Positions 45,729-54,272 of a stretch of DNA of 64,000 nucleotides are shown piece by piece. The translations under genes and the position numbers were made by a program. How positions within the stretch are numbered: position 1 is the first letter of the stretch; the number at the start of each line of letters is the position of its first letter. Source of the DNA: a virus (Duplodnaviria > Caudoviricetes); IMG/VR virus record IMGVR_UViG_3300036546_000248; one strand, given 5' to 3'. Below the pieces are notes generated by a model. That model searched no databases, was not told the origin of the DNA, and was given only the letters and a program-made list of their open reading frames with translations.

Positions 45729-45931
45729 ACGCGACCTCTTACGGGGTACACCCGTTGATTGTGCAGGGTGTAGGTGTGGTGCAGTTCATCAATCGCTTTA
45801 CGCGTGCGATGCAGGTTAAGTTCCACGAAGCGGCGTTGAGCGCTGTCGCTGGCTATCTTGAGATCTTCTTCCAGATGCCGCTCATTGGCAACGAGGCATG
45901 ACAATCGAATCAAATACTGTTTACGACACAT
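45725..45931 (-). CDS. Hypothetical protein (68 aa)
   Basis: RBS AGGAGG. Confidence 0.55.
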   Translation of the reverse strand: MCRKQYLIRLSCLVANERHLEEDLKIASDSAQRRFVELNLHRTRKAIDELHHTYTLHNQRVYPVRGRV

Positions 45932-45985
45932 TTACGTATCCTCCTAAGGATAACAGGATGCCCCTCCGAAGAGGGGCGTTATTAC

Positions 45986-46444
45986 TCAGTCGTCGTAGGA
46001 AGCGAGTTCCTCTGCAATCTGTTCTGCCTGTCGAGCACGACAGCTACCACAGACTTCATAGACCGGACCGTTTGAACCTTCATCGATGTCACGCGTGTAA
46101 CGAAGGTCTTTCTGGGTGGTGACTTTCTTACACCACTCACATTGAGCTTCGTCTTCGGCATGCCTCTCGGTGAAGTACTGCTGAAGCTCCTGCTCGAGCG
46201 TATAACACTCTTCGCAGTAATGGTAATACTCAGCGCCGAACGAATCGGTTTCGCCTTGTACACGCACCGTAGCGTCGTTCTCACACTGCCACTCTTCACC
46301 CTTGGCGTACTGAAGCTTCAGAGCATCAGATGCTTTATTAGCATCGATGATCTCCTTCATGGTTTCGAAGTAGCCGGATTGTTCGAACTCACATACTGTG
46401 GATTCACGAACAGTGGTGACACGACCTGGAAGATTACTGAACAT
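45986..46444 (-). CDS. Cys-rich putative zinc-binding early protein
   Basis: CxxC pairs (CEEC, CEWC, CGSC), QGETDSFG and RDIDEG motifs; AAGGAG RBS; first gene after an early promoter. Confidence 0.75.
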   Translation of the reverse strand: MFSNLPGRVTTVRESTVCEFEQSGYFETMKEIIDANKASDALKLQYAKGEEWQCENDATVRVQGETDSFGAEYYHYCEECYTLEQELQQYFTERHAEDEAQCEWCKKVTTQKDLRYTRDIDEGSNGPVYEVCGSCRARQAEQIAEELASYDD

Positions 46445-46493
46445 AGTGTTCTCCTTAGAACGAGGGGGGAATAAGTGGTTTGGTTAATCCACT

Positions 46494-46528
46494 CACCTAG
46501 GTAATATAGATCTGAGATTTTTTTATTT
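46494..46528 (-). promoter_or_regulatory. Early promoter
   Basis: AAATAAAAAAATCTCAGATCTATATTACCTAGGTG. Confidence 0.75.
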
Positions 46529-46978
46529 CGGTAGGCTCAAATCGAAGCATTCTGCGAACTCCAAGACGAACTCATCCATCCAATCTTGTACGTACATCAC
46601 GTTCCAGTAAGGGGTGGCTTGAAGTCGTTTAAAGTCCAGTCGGGAAACTCGTTGTAACTGACCCAAGATCCTCTCGATTCTCCGCATGAGGAAAGGAACC
46701 TCCTCCACTTGGGTTTGTACAGTTTCACGATAGACCACCAAATACGGATGGTCTTGGTGCACACTAAGCTCACTGACAACCACCTCGGCTAAATACAACC
46801 GAGCCCCTATGTCCACTTGGGCCTCAATCGGGAGGATGTGGCCATAGTAGTTGTAGAGGGAATCGGAAGTCAGGTTGAGGTGTGGGGTGCGCGGTACAAT
46901 CTGGGTAACAAACCGATCAAAGTCGGTAATCTCACGATTATCAACTTCAAGAACCAAATACCTGATTACACTCGCCAT
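46523..46978 (-). CDS. Hypothetical protein
   Basis: RBS AGGAG. Confidence 0.65.
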   Translation of the reverse strand: MASVIRYLVLEVDNREITDFDRFVTQIVPRTPHLNLTSDSLYNYYGHILPIEAQVDIGARLYLAEVVVSELSVHQDHPYLVVYRETVQTQVEEVPFLMRRIERILGQLQRVSRLDFKRLQATPYWNVMYVQDWMDEFVLEFAECFDLSLPK

Positions 46979-46987
46979 GGAGCACTC

Positions 46988-47416
46988 CTACGTTTTTGGT
47001 TTTGCACAACTGTCGATCTGTTCTAAGAGAGCCACTTGGGCACGCGCTTTAAGGTACCGACAGGCCTGTTTGCGTTTGCGCCTAACCCAATGTGCGTCTG
47101 GCGGAAGTTGGTTATGCTTATTAGCCGAGACCTCTTGGGTGGACGTGTTGGAGAACAGTAACCACAACGGATAATGTCTCAGTCTACCCCCTACCGCTCG
47201 CAACACTATCGCTTGGCGAAAGGTCCGACGAGCCGCAGGAGATGCATCTTTCGGATTCTCAAGGTAGGTGCGAATCAAATGGGCGTTACTACCTTCGGGT
47301 TTGACACGACGCACGCGAGAATCTTTCGTACAACCCGCCCGCATAAAGACCACTGGCTGTTCAGGTTTGGGTTCAGTGAAACCTAATGCCGACAACAAAG
47401 AAGCGGGAAACTCCAT
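46988..47416 (-). CDS. Basic hypothetical protein with P.A.WVRRK motif
   Basis: RBS AAGGA. Confidence 0.65.
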   Translation of the reverse strand: MEFPASLLSALGFTEPKPEQPVVFMRAGCTKDSRVRRVKPEGSNAHLIRTYLENPKDASPAARRTFRQAIVLRAVGGRLRHYPLWLLFSNTSTQEVSANKHNQLPPDAHWVRRKRKQACRYLKARAQVALLEQIDSCAKPKT

Positions 47417-47475
47417 GTGACATCCTTAGTTTAAGTTTATTCAAGGTATAGTTCAAAAAAGTACGATATTACTAT

Positions 47476-47645
47476 GACTACAGGCAATGAACATTCATTG
47501 CTCACGAGGAGGTGATCCACTGAGGGGTCTGGTCCTGCCGAGACGGCACCATCCAGCCCAGTACCAGCGCCTGTATAGTGACTGCTGAGAAGCAGCCATG
47601 ACTTCAGCCTCTAAAGCCCTCACCCGAAGGTGAGGGCTTTATGCT
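47476..47645 (+). ncRNA. Candidate structured small RNA with 13-nt complement to the 16S rRNA 3' end
   Basis: ORF-free gap; multibranch fold closed by TACAGGC/GCCTGTA; GAGA-loop hairpins; ends at a bidirectional terminator. Confidence 0.45.
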
Positions 47646-47647
47646 GC
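47612..47647. terminator. Bidirectional terminator
   Basis: AAAGCCCTCACC-CGAA-GGTGAGGGCTTT-ATGCTG. Confidence 0.85.
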
Positions 47648-48115
47648 TTAGGGCTTTTGGTGACAGAACGAATCGGGCCAATAGTGCAGGACTGCATCCA
47701 TGGTGGTGGACTTGGCTTTGACTAACGAGATCCCTTCGAAATGCGGGAAGAAGAGTTTCTCGTAACGGGGGGTACTGACCTCCACTGTAATCGGTCGACA
47801 GTCTTCGCTGGCGACGAAGAAGACGATGTCCTGACTGAGCAACGGACTCTCCAACCACTGCTGAGGGGGCTTTAAACCCCAGCCCACGTAGCGAGTCATC
47901 ATTGCCTGATACATCTCAGGTGTGATGCCAGAGGTGGCGATTGGGTGAACAAAATAGTCGGGTGAATTGAAGCCTTCGGGAACTTCGCACATAAACTCAA
48001 TGTTACCCAACTGAGAACGAGCCAACGCATAAGGGAATGGGGGTGGGGCGTTCAGTAAAACGGGTTCTGGTGCGGGTTGTAGAAAGTCTACTTTACAACG
48101 TACTAACACGTACAT
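47648..48115 (-). CDS. Hypothetical early protein
   Basis: Monocistronic after an early promoter; GAGGA RBS. Confidence 0.7.
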   Translation of the reverse strand: MYVLVRCKVDFLQPAPEPVLLNAPPPFPYALARSQLGNIEFMCEVPEGFNSPDYFVHPIATSGITPEMYQAMMTRYVGWGLKPPQQWLESPLLSQDIVFFVASEDCRPITVEVSTPRYEKLFFPHFEGISLVKAKSTTMDAVLHYWPDSFCHQKP

Positions 48116-48157
48116 GGATGCTTAATCCTCGTTGCGTTTAAACAAGTATGTCACTTG

Positions 48158-48189
48158 CCTATGGGTAATATAGGTTTCAAATACTTTTT
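48158..48189 (-). promoter_or_regulatory. Early promoter
   Basis: AAAAGTATTTGAAACCTATATTACCCATAGG. Confidence 0.65.
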
Positions 48190-48199
48190 ACTGGAAGGG

Positions 48200-48235
48200 G
48201 CATAAAAAACATCAGGTGAGTTACCCCACCTGAGT
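48200..48235 (-). terminator. Terminator
   Basis: TCAGGTG/CACCTGA stem followed by TGTTTTTTATGCC. Confidence 0.75.
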
Positions 48236-48236
48236 C

Positions 48237-48695
48237 TTAAAGGATGCGGTTGTACAGGTAGATGTGGACGGGAAGGTCAATGTCCGTCAATTTCTCATGG
48301 AGGAGGGGGCGAAGGAACTTAATGTAATCAAGCCCCCCATAACCACAACCCAAAGGCGGAAGCCCCAGTTCTGTGATCCCCATCTCTTTATAGTTCGCCA
48401 CAAGGTAATCCAGCCCCTCGATGACGTACTCTGGTTTAGACGGATTTTTCCAGTGTGCTTTGGTGGGAAACAATAGGACCTGATGACGTGACTTTGGGAT
48501 CTTATACAGTTGGGGTTGCCCCACCTTCAATTCACCCTTGTCACACAGATCTTTGTAGAAGTCGAAGAGCCCCCTCACCCGTTGTTTCATGGCCAATGCC
48601 AACCCATTCCCCATCACCCCTACCGTATTAACCGGGGCTGTGATAGTTTGCAACCGGGTATCAAACAAGGACCCTTCGCCTTCATACACGATCAT
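48237..48695 (-). CDS. Macrodomain protein (DarG-like ADP-ribosyl hydrolase)
   Basis: GSLFD..TI..PVNTVGVMGNGLALAMK, LLFPTKAHW, LPPLGCGYGGL. Confidence 0.85.
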   Translation of the reverse strand: MIVYEGEGSLFDTRLQTITAPVNTVGVMGNGLALAMKQRVRGLFDFYKDLCDKGELKVGQPQLYKIPKSRHQVLLFPTKAHWKNPSKPEYVIEGLDYLVANYKEMGITELGLPPLGCGYGGLDYIKFLRPLLHEKLTDIDLPVHIYLYNRIL

Positions 48696-49132
48696 CGCTT
48701 CGCGCCTCCTAAACCCACACCAGCGGCGGCCTGTGCCTGCTGGGCTGCCCGAATTTGCTTTTGAGTTTCAGCCGTCATGCGAGCCGCTTTCTCAGAAGAG
48801 ATTCGTAACATCAAAGCACAGTACTCGCGGGGCATGTTGAGGAAGTCCACAATAGACACCCCCCACTCTTTATGAACCTCGTACAGATGGTACTGATAAA
48901 AGGTTCGGTAAAGCGTCCCGTATTCTGACACATCTTCTTTTGGCTGATACTCAACCAACGCCAAGGGGTTAGCAGATGGGCTGCCGTGATCACAAATCCC
49001 GTACTGGGTTTCGTAGGCATCGCGCATCACCACCTGCGCCGCTATATTGTCCAACTGCTTTCCTTGTTCAAGGATTTTATCCAGCAAGGTCGGCTTGTTA
49101 TAAAACCGTGCCCCGAAGCCCGGTAACAACAC
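48692..49132 (-). CDS. Conserved phiKZ-like protein
   Basis: ATGA overlap with the macrodomain gene; WGVSIVDFLNMP motif. Confidence 0.6.
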   Translation of the reverse strand: MLLPGFGARFYNKPTLLDKILEQGKQLDNIAAQVVMRDAYETQYGICDHGSPSANPLALVEYQPKEDVSEYGTLYRTFYQYHLYEVHKEWGVSIVDFLNMPREYCALMLRISSEKAARMTAETQKQIRAAQQAQAAAGVGLGGAKR

Positions 49133-49161
49133 GTGGCTGTCTTGGTCTTCGGGGTTAACGG

Positions 49162-50679
49162 TTAAAGGGAGGACTTTATGAGTACCTTGTAGATGCGTTG
49201 GTTGAGCAGGGTAAAAAAAACTTGCGCCACATCAATCGGTACGACGTACGGACTGAACTGGGCCTCGTCTTCCTTAACCTGGTTGGCCTTACACACCGGG
49301 CACTCGTGCTTGGGCAGACCGATTACCGAAACAGTCACCGAGTTGATGTACTCACTCACCGCTGCCAAGGTGGTGGTGCGGGTCTCTTCATCGGCAGTCA
49401 ATACACCCATGAGGTTTTCGATCGTGTCACGGTCAGTGCCGATTTCCGCCTCTTCGATATGCACTTCCTTCACCCAGTGACCGTACTGACGCAGGTTGGT
49501 CAAACGCCCCTGGTTGGTGATGTAGGCATCGCGCTCATCGCCACGGATGTTCTCACCGAATGCACCTTCCATCACCTTGATGATGTTGGCAATCCAGGCG
49601 TTGCCCGAATTGTAGTACTGTTCGATGGTTGGGACCGCCAGAGTGATGGCGATTTGGTCGGTGATGGACACCCGACGTTCTTGGTTGTACTTGTGCTCTT
49701 CGGCGTAGCGCTTGAGGTCTTCGTCGGACATCCGCGCCTTGCGCTGAGACATGCGCTTGGTCTGCCATTCCGACAGCGCCGCACGGTTGGTCCACATCAG
49801 CTTGCTGAGATTCAGCAGGGCTTCGAACACATGGTTGCACACCTTCTCGGTGTTGATACAGCCACGCGAATACGGGTAACCGTTCGGGTAGATGGCCGAT
49901 GCCAGACCCCAAAGGATCAACGGGATATCGGTCACCAACACAATGCTTTCCAAGTACTTGGGCGACATTTCTTTAGCGTTGGTGTCGTAGACGTGCTGGA
50001 GTGCAAAATCCAGCAGATCGTTGATCAGGTGAACCGCGGTGTTCGAAAACACCAGACCGTTGGTCATACGACCCAGCGTCACTTTTGCCGAACCGACACG
50101 ACGCTCCAGTTCGAGGATCGACGCTTCAGACGGCGCTTTGAAACTGACCCAGATACCAGTATGCCACAGCGGTACTTGGTGGATGGTACCCAAACCCAGC
50201 GCAGCCGTCATGCGCATGACAGCACGCTCGCCAGTCAGGACAGTACCGGACTCTGCAAAGCGCGGACGGGAGATGCCCATGGGTTGGCCAGCCGACTCAA
50301 CGGTCTGTTGCCAGTCACCGCCTTCTTGGTCCAGCGCTGCTTGGAAGGGTTCGTTGCGCAGCAGGTTGGCAGAACCACGTTCGAGCGATTCAACCCAACG
50401 GCGAGTACCAGCATCACCTTCGACCTCGATGTTCGGGTGGTTATCACCGGTCTCTTTGAGATCGCCCAGTGTCCCGTTGATGAACGTCAGGTGTAGGTTG
50501 GGATCGGCGAAGATCGCTTTGGCATCGGCACCGGAGTACGGTTTGTCGATGGGGTACTGAAGACGAACATTGAGGTTAACCGCTTTCGGGGCGTAGCTAC
50601 TGGTCGACTTCGAGTTCAGGGTGTTCTCGACACCTTCTTCGGGTGCGTTCTCGGGTGTTGGCAGTTCGTTCTCAGACAT
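49162..50679 (-). CDS. Conserved core protein (phiKZ gp77-like by synteny)
   Basis: Start MSENEL at 50679; VPLWHTGIWV motif; C-terminal CPVC. Confidence 0.65.
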   Translation of the reverse strand: MSENELPTPENAPEEGVENTLNSKSTSSYAPKAVNLNVRLQYPIDKPYSGADAKAIFADPNLHLTFINGTLGDLKETGDNHPNIEVEGDAGTRRWVESLERGSANLLRNEPFQAALDQEGGDWQQTVESAGQPMGISRPRFAESGTVLTGERAVMRMTAALGLGTIHQVPLWHTGIWVSFKAPSEASILELERRVGSAKVTLGRMTNGLVFSNTAVHLINDLLDFALQHVYDTNAKEMSPKYLESIVLVTDIPLILWGLASAIYPNGYPYSRGCINTEKVCNHVFEALLNLSKLMWTNRAALSEWQTKRMSQRKARMSDEDLKRYAEEHKYNQERRVSITDQIAITLAVPTIEQYYNSGNAWIANIIKVMEGAFGENIRGDERDAYITNQGRLTNLRQYGHWVKEVHIEEAEIGTDRDTIENLMGVLTADEETRTTTLAAVSEYINSVTVSVIGLPKHECPVCKANQVKEDEAQFSPYVVPIDVAQVFFTLLNQRIYKVLIKSSL

Positions 50680-50681
50680 TG

Positions 50682-51131
50682 TTACACCTGCGGGTTCTGA
50701 TTGAGTTGGTTGAAAAGGTCGGTGATCTGCATAGCAGTCGGCACCACGACCAATTGATATGACGTGATCCACTGATCATAGGCCTGTGCCACATCCATCA
50801 GGAGGGCCAGTTTAGGCAGGTCGACTACGCCACCACGGTGTTGATCGACTGCAGCGTTCAGTTGATTCAGTCGTGTACTGAAATCCTGAACGTCGCGATT
50901 CAGTGTATTGGCCAGTTGCATCAGCGAAGCTTTATCCGCAACGCGTGCCACCAGTTCCTGATTGCGCAGAAGAGCAACCACCTGTGTGGGCGACTGGTTC
51001 AGCTGGAAGCACTGAGCTTGCAAATGGCTCAGATCATTCCAGATGTTTTCGAAGTCTTTGCGCTCCTGAATCAGCTCTTTAAGACTGTTCGGCCCACGCT
51101 TGACGTAGGAAGGGTTGTGCTTACGGGACAT
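50682..51131 (-). CDS. Helical hypothetical protein
   Basis: Start MSRKHN with GGAA RBS. Confidence 0.65.
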   Translation of the reverse strand: MSRKHNPSYVKRGPNSLKELIQERKDFENIWNDLSHLQAQCFQLNQSPTQVVALLRNQELVARVADKASLMQLANTLNRDVQDFSTRLNQLNAAVDQHRGGVVDLPKLALLMDVAQAYDQWITSYQLVVVPTAMQITDLFNQLNQNPQV

Positions 51132-51235
51132 AACGTATTCCGCCTTTTGTAAATTGATTCGTGGGCTCGGGAACAATTTTCGAGCATGGTCTCGTATAAT
51201 TTGGGAAGGTCGTATTATTTAACCGGAGGTTCATT

Positions 51236-52090
51236 GTGGTAGAAGAAATTGAAGAATTCCTGGGTACGGTGATCACACCTGAATTGACTGCAGTGTATGT
51301 GGATGCCGTCCAGGTTATTCTGGACTCCGGGATCAGTATGCACATTGTTCAACTCGAAGGTCTGATCAGTCAAGAAGGCGAAATTGGTCGCGACCAAGTG
51401 GTCAATGAGATCGACACCTACCTTAAAAACTTGTTGGAATCGACCCTCAACCAATTTGGTGTGTTCTTAAATGAGACCTTTGGTCTTAAACAAGCCACCG
51501 CTATTATCCGCAGTATCAACACCTTGGACGACTTTGATGACGTTGAGACCATCGAAGCCATCTGCCTGTCCGAAGAATCGCCCGAGGAGCGGCTCGCAGC
51601 GCTCGTGGAGCTGACTTCTGAGTTCACCGTGGAAGATCTACTGCTTCATCTCGATAACGTCAACCCGGCGCTCCTGAAGCGTTTGCTGACCACCGTTCAT
51701 AAGGTAGACGATGGGTTTGATACCCCCACCGTTCAACGCACTGGAAAAGTGGTACGTATTAAAAGTTGTACCAGTCAGTTGAAAGACCCGTGGCTGTTGG
51801 CCTATGTGGATGCTGGGGGTAAGATCAATCTACCGGTTGCCAGCATGGCCGAAGCGTTTCGGACGTACTACGAAGAAAAACGTGTCGCCGATCCGATGTT
51901 GGATCGCAACGTCTCCGAACTGGCTTTGCAGCTCATGGCCTTTATCTTGGCTTCTGATGTGGCCGATGCCGACCTACTTCGTGTCAGTGAAGAAGTGGTT
52001 GAAGACACCTTCCTTAAGTTGCCCCTGATCATTCGAGTAATGGAACAGGTGCGCGAAATCCTCTCGGCGGTAACTCATGAACAAGCTTGA
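51236..52090 (+). CDS. Conserved protein (gp79-like by synteny)
   Basis: GGAGG RBS; overlaps the RNAP gene. Confidence 0.65.
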   Translation: MVEEIEEFLGTVITPELTAVYVDAVQVILDSGISMHIVQLEGLISQEGEIGRDQVVNEIDTYLKNLLESTLNQFGVFLNETFGLKQATAIIRSINTLDDFDDVETIEAICLSEESPEERLAALVELTSEFTVEDLLLHLDNVNPALLKRLLTTVHKVDDGFDTPTVQRTGKVVRIKSCTSQLKDPWLLAYVDAGGKINLPVASMAEAFRTYYEEKRVADPMLDRNVSELALQLMAFILASDVADADLLRVSEEVVEDTFLKLPLIIRVMEQVREILSAVTHEQA

Positions 52091-53372
52091 TTACCTTTTT
52101 GCAGCGCTTAACGCAGGCGCATATCGCAAGAAATCGTGGGCTCTGTCTGTCTTCAGTGTGACGCAGGGTCCGGAAGAACGTTACCCCTATGCTCTTCTGC
52201 GTACGGAAAAGAACACCGTCTTTGTTGATCCGGAGAACCCTGAGAACCTGATCACTATTGATGATGCCCAACCCCAAGAACCCTTATTCCGGTTCACGGA
52301 TCGAGTGGACATCACTCCCGCCTTGGTACCCAATTGCAAAAAGGCAATGAACGTACCGGTTGGAAACGTCTTCTTCAACTTCTATGTCCTGGTCTACGCC
52401 TTGGGTGATCGGATCGAGTTCATGACAGGTAAGCTCACGCCTGGCGCTGTACAGAACAAGATTCGTCCTTTGATGGCCGACTATCCGGAAAATGGAGAGC
52501 GTGATCCTAAACTGATTTATCCAGACGATTACCGCAAGTTCAACAAGGCCATCTTTGGTATTTCAGGGTTCACTCAACTGTGTGTGCCTTCGGCCACCAA
52601 GCGCATGTTGACCACTCACCCAGATGCTCGTAAGTTGCGAGCAGAACTTCTCGAGAAGAACAAAGACCGTCTCTGGGACCCGGCCGTCATTGCTAAGATG
52701 GAAGCTGAACTCATTGCACTGGATAAAGAATGGATGAAATCTGATCCCGACGGGGGTGATGGGTTCTTCGTGAAGGAGAATAAATCCTACGGTGTGGTTC
52801 GTAAACGCATGCACCTGATGCACGGCGCCGAGATGGGCTTCCAAGACGGCACCAAGGCCACGCTGGTGGTCAACAGCCTGAATGAAGGTTGGGATATCGA
52901 CAAGATGCCTGACATGATCAACTCGCTCCGGGAGGGTTCTTACAACCGCGGTCGTGATACCGCCTTGGGCGGCGAGGCAGTGAAGTTCTTGGGTCGCGTG
53001 TTCCAGAACACCACCATCACTGAACAGGACTGTGGTAGTAAGTTGGGTTGGGAGAAAGAATTCACCGAACACAACTTCAAAAAGTTCGTAGGCTTTTACC
53101 GGGTTACCCCACAAGGCTCTGAAGAAATCACTGAAGACTACGCCAAATCTCAGATTGGTAAAAAAGTCACAGTGCGCTCACCAATGTTGTGCAAGACGCC
53201 TAAGACGGGTTTCTGCCAGCGTTGCATGGGCAATCCCAATGCGATCAACCCGACGGCTTTGGGTTTGCTGGCGGCTGACCTAGGGTCGCAGATGATGTAT
53301 ATCTTCATGGGAGCAATGCACGGTAAGGTCCTTTCTGTTGCATCATATGACTTTAAGAAGAGTATTACTTAA
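52077..53372 (+). CDS. Virion RNA polymerase beta-prime-like subunit (phiKZ gp80-like)
   Basis: SLREGSYNRG..TALGG, TEQDCGS, VRSPMLCKT..FCQRCMG zinc site, AMHG. Confidence 0.85.
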   Translation: MNKLDYLFAALNAGAYRKKSWALSVFSVTQGPEERYPYALLRTEKNTVFVDPENPENLITIDDAQPQEPLFRFTDRVDITPALVPNCKKAMNVPVGNVFFNFYVLVYALGDRIEFMTGKLTPGAVQNKIRPLMADYPENGERDPKLIYPDDYRKFNKAIFGISGFTQLCVPSATKRMLTTHPDARKLRAELLEKNKDRLWDPAVIAKMEAELIALDKEWMKSDPDGGDGFFVKENKSYGVVRKRMHLMHGAEMGFQDGTKATLVVNSLNEGWDIDKMPDMINSLREGSYNRGRDTALGGEAVKFLGRVFQNTTITEQDCGSKLGWEKEFTEHNFKKFVGFYRVTPQGSEEITEDYAKSQIGKKVTVRSPMLCKTPKTGFCQRCMGNPNAINPTALGLLAADLGSQMMYIFMGAMHGKVLSVASYDFKKSIT

Positions 53373-53431
53373 AGCATCTCCCAGTAATAATTGACTTTCT
53401 ACCGTCATATATATGATTTAACACTCTGTGT

Positions 53432-54259
53432 ATGGTGGTAGAAATGTCAGTACGTGAAAAGATCCCTGGTGTGTATATCCAGACGCATCGCGCGTCTGGT
53501 GCCTTTTATATCGGCGCAAGTGTAGATGTATATCGAAGTGCAACTGAAGACCTTCGGCGCTTGCGTAAAGGATTCCACTCATCCAAAGAACTACAAAAGC
53601 TCTTTGATGAGAATCCATACATCGATTCTCGGATCATGGGGTGTGGGAGTATAGAAGAAGCAGACAACCTTAAGCGAGAGTTGATCGCTAAGGATTTTTC
53701 CAATCCCCTCATGCTCAATCAAAATAACCGGCTGAATGTCAGTGCGGTCTACAGACTGACACACATACCCACCGGTTACTTCTATATAGGGAGTGCCAAT
53801 AACTTTACTGAAAGAAGAATAGTACATGAGTACACTTTGAAAAAAGGTGAGCACATGTCTCAAAAGTTACAGGAACTCTACAATGAGAATCCAGACCCCA
53901 GCGTTCTTAAATGGGACATCATTCTTGCACATCCTCGTTCCCACGCACATGAGTTGGAGCAAAAGCTGATCAATGATTCTCTTAACGATCCGCTCTTGCT
54001 AAATAAATCGACGAACGTAAAGGGTAACAATGTTGCTGCTTCGTTAGAGTTGCGAGAAAAGCGTAGAGCCGTAGCCAAACAACTCTGGGCTGAAGGACGG
54101 ATGCGCGACCCTAGTGTCTCAGGAGCAAGTAAAAAGGTGTCAATAGATGGCAACATCTATGACAGCGTGGTAGCTGCTTCTAAGCAACTGAATCTCGCTA
54201 CACATCACATCTATCGTCGGGTTAAGTCTGACGATTGGCCAAGTTATCAATACCTTTAA
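53432..54259 (+). mobile_element. Free-standing homing endonuclease with two GIY-YIG domains and a C-terminal NUMOD1-like HTH
   Basis: GVYIQ..FYIGAS and AVYRL..FYIGSA; KKVSIDGNIYDSVVAASKQL; more AT-rich than its neighbours. Confidence 0.85.
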
Positions 54260-54272
54260 TTAGGAGCGTTAC

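Noticed and set aside
47500-47520. 47.5-kb RNA as a CsrB/RsmZ-type sponge
   Set aside because: It has only one looped GGA and no repeated ANGGA hairpins.
49211-49220. A8 run in the gp77-like gene as a frameshift site
   Set aside because: The frame is intact (VFF) and there is no alternative-frame ORF of note.
53373-54272. GIY-YIG gene as part of an intron in the RNAP gene
   Set aside because: No P/Q/R/S elements were seen, the RNAP subunit ends normally (AMHG..KSIT) and the downstream gene has its own RBS.
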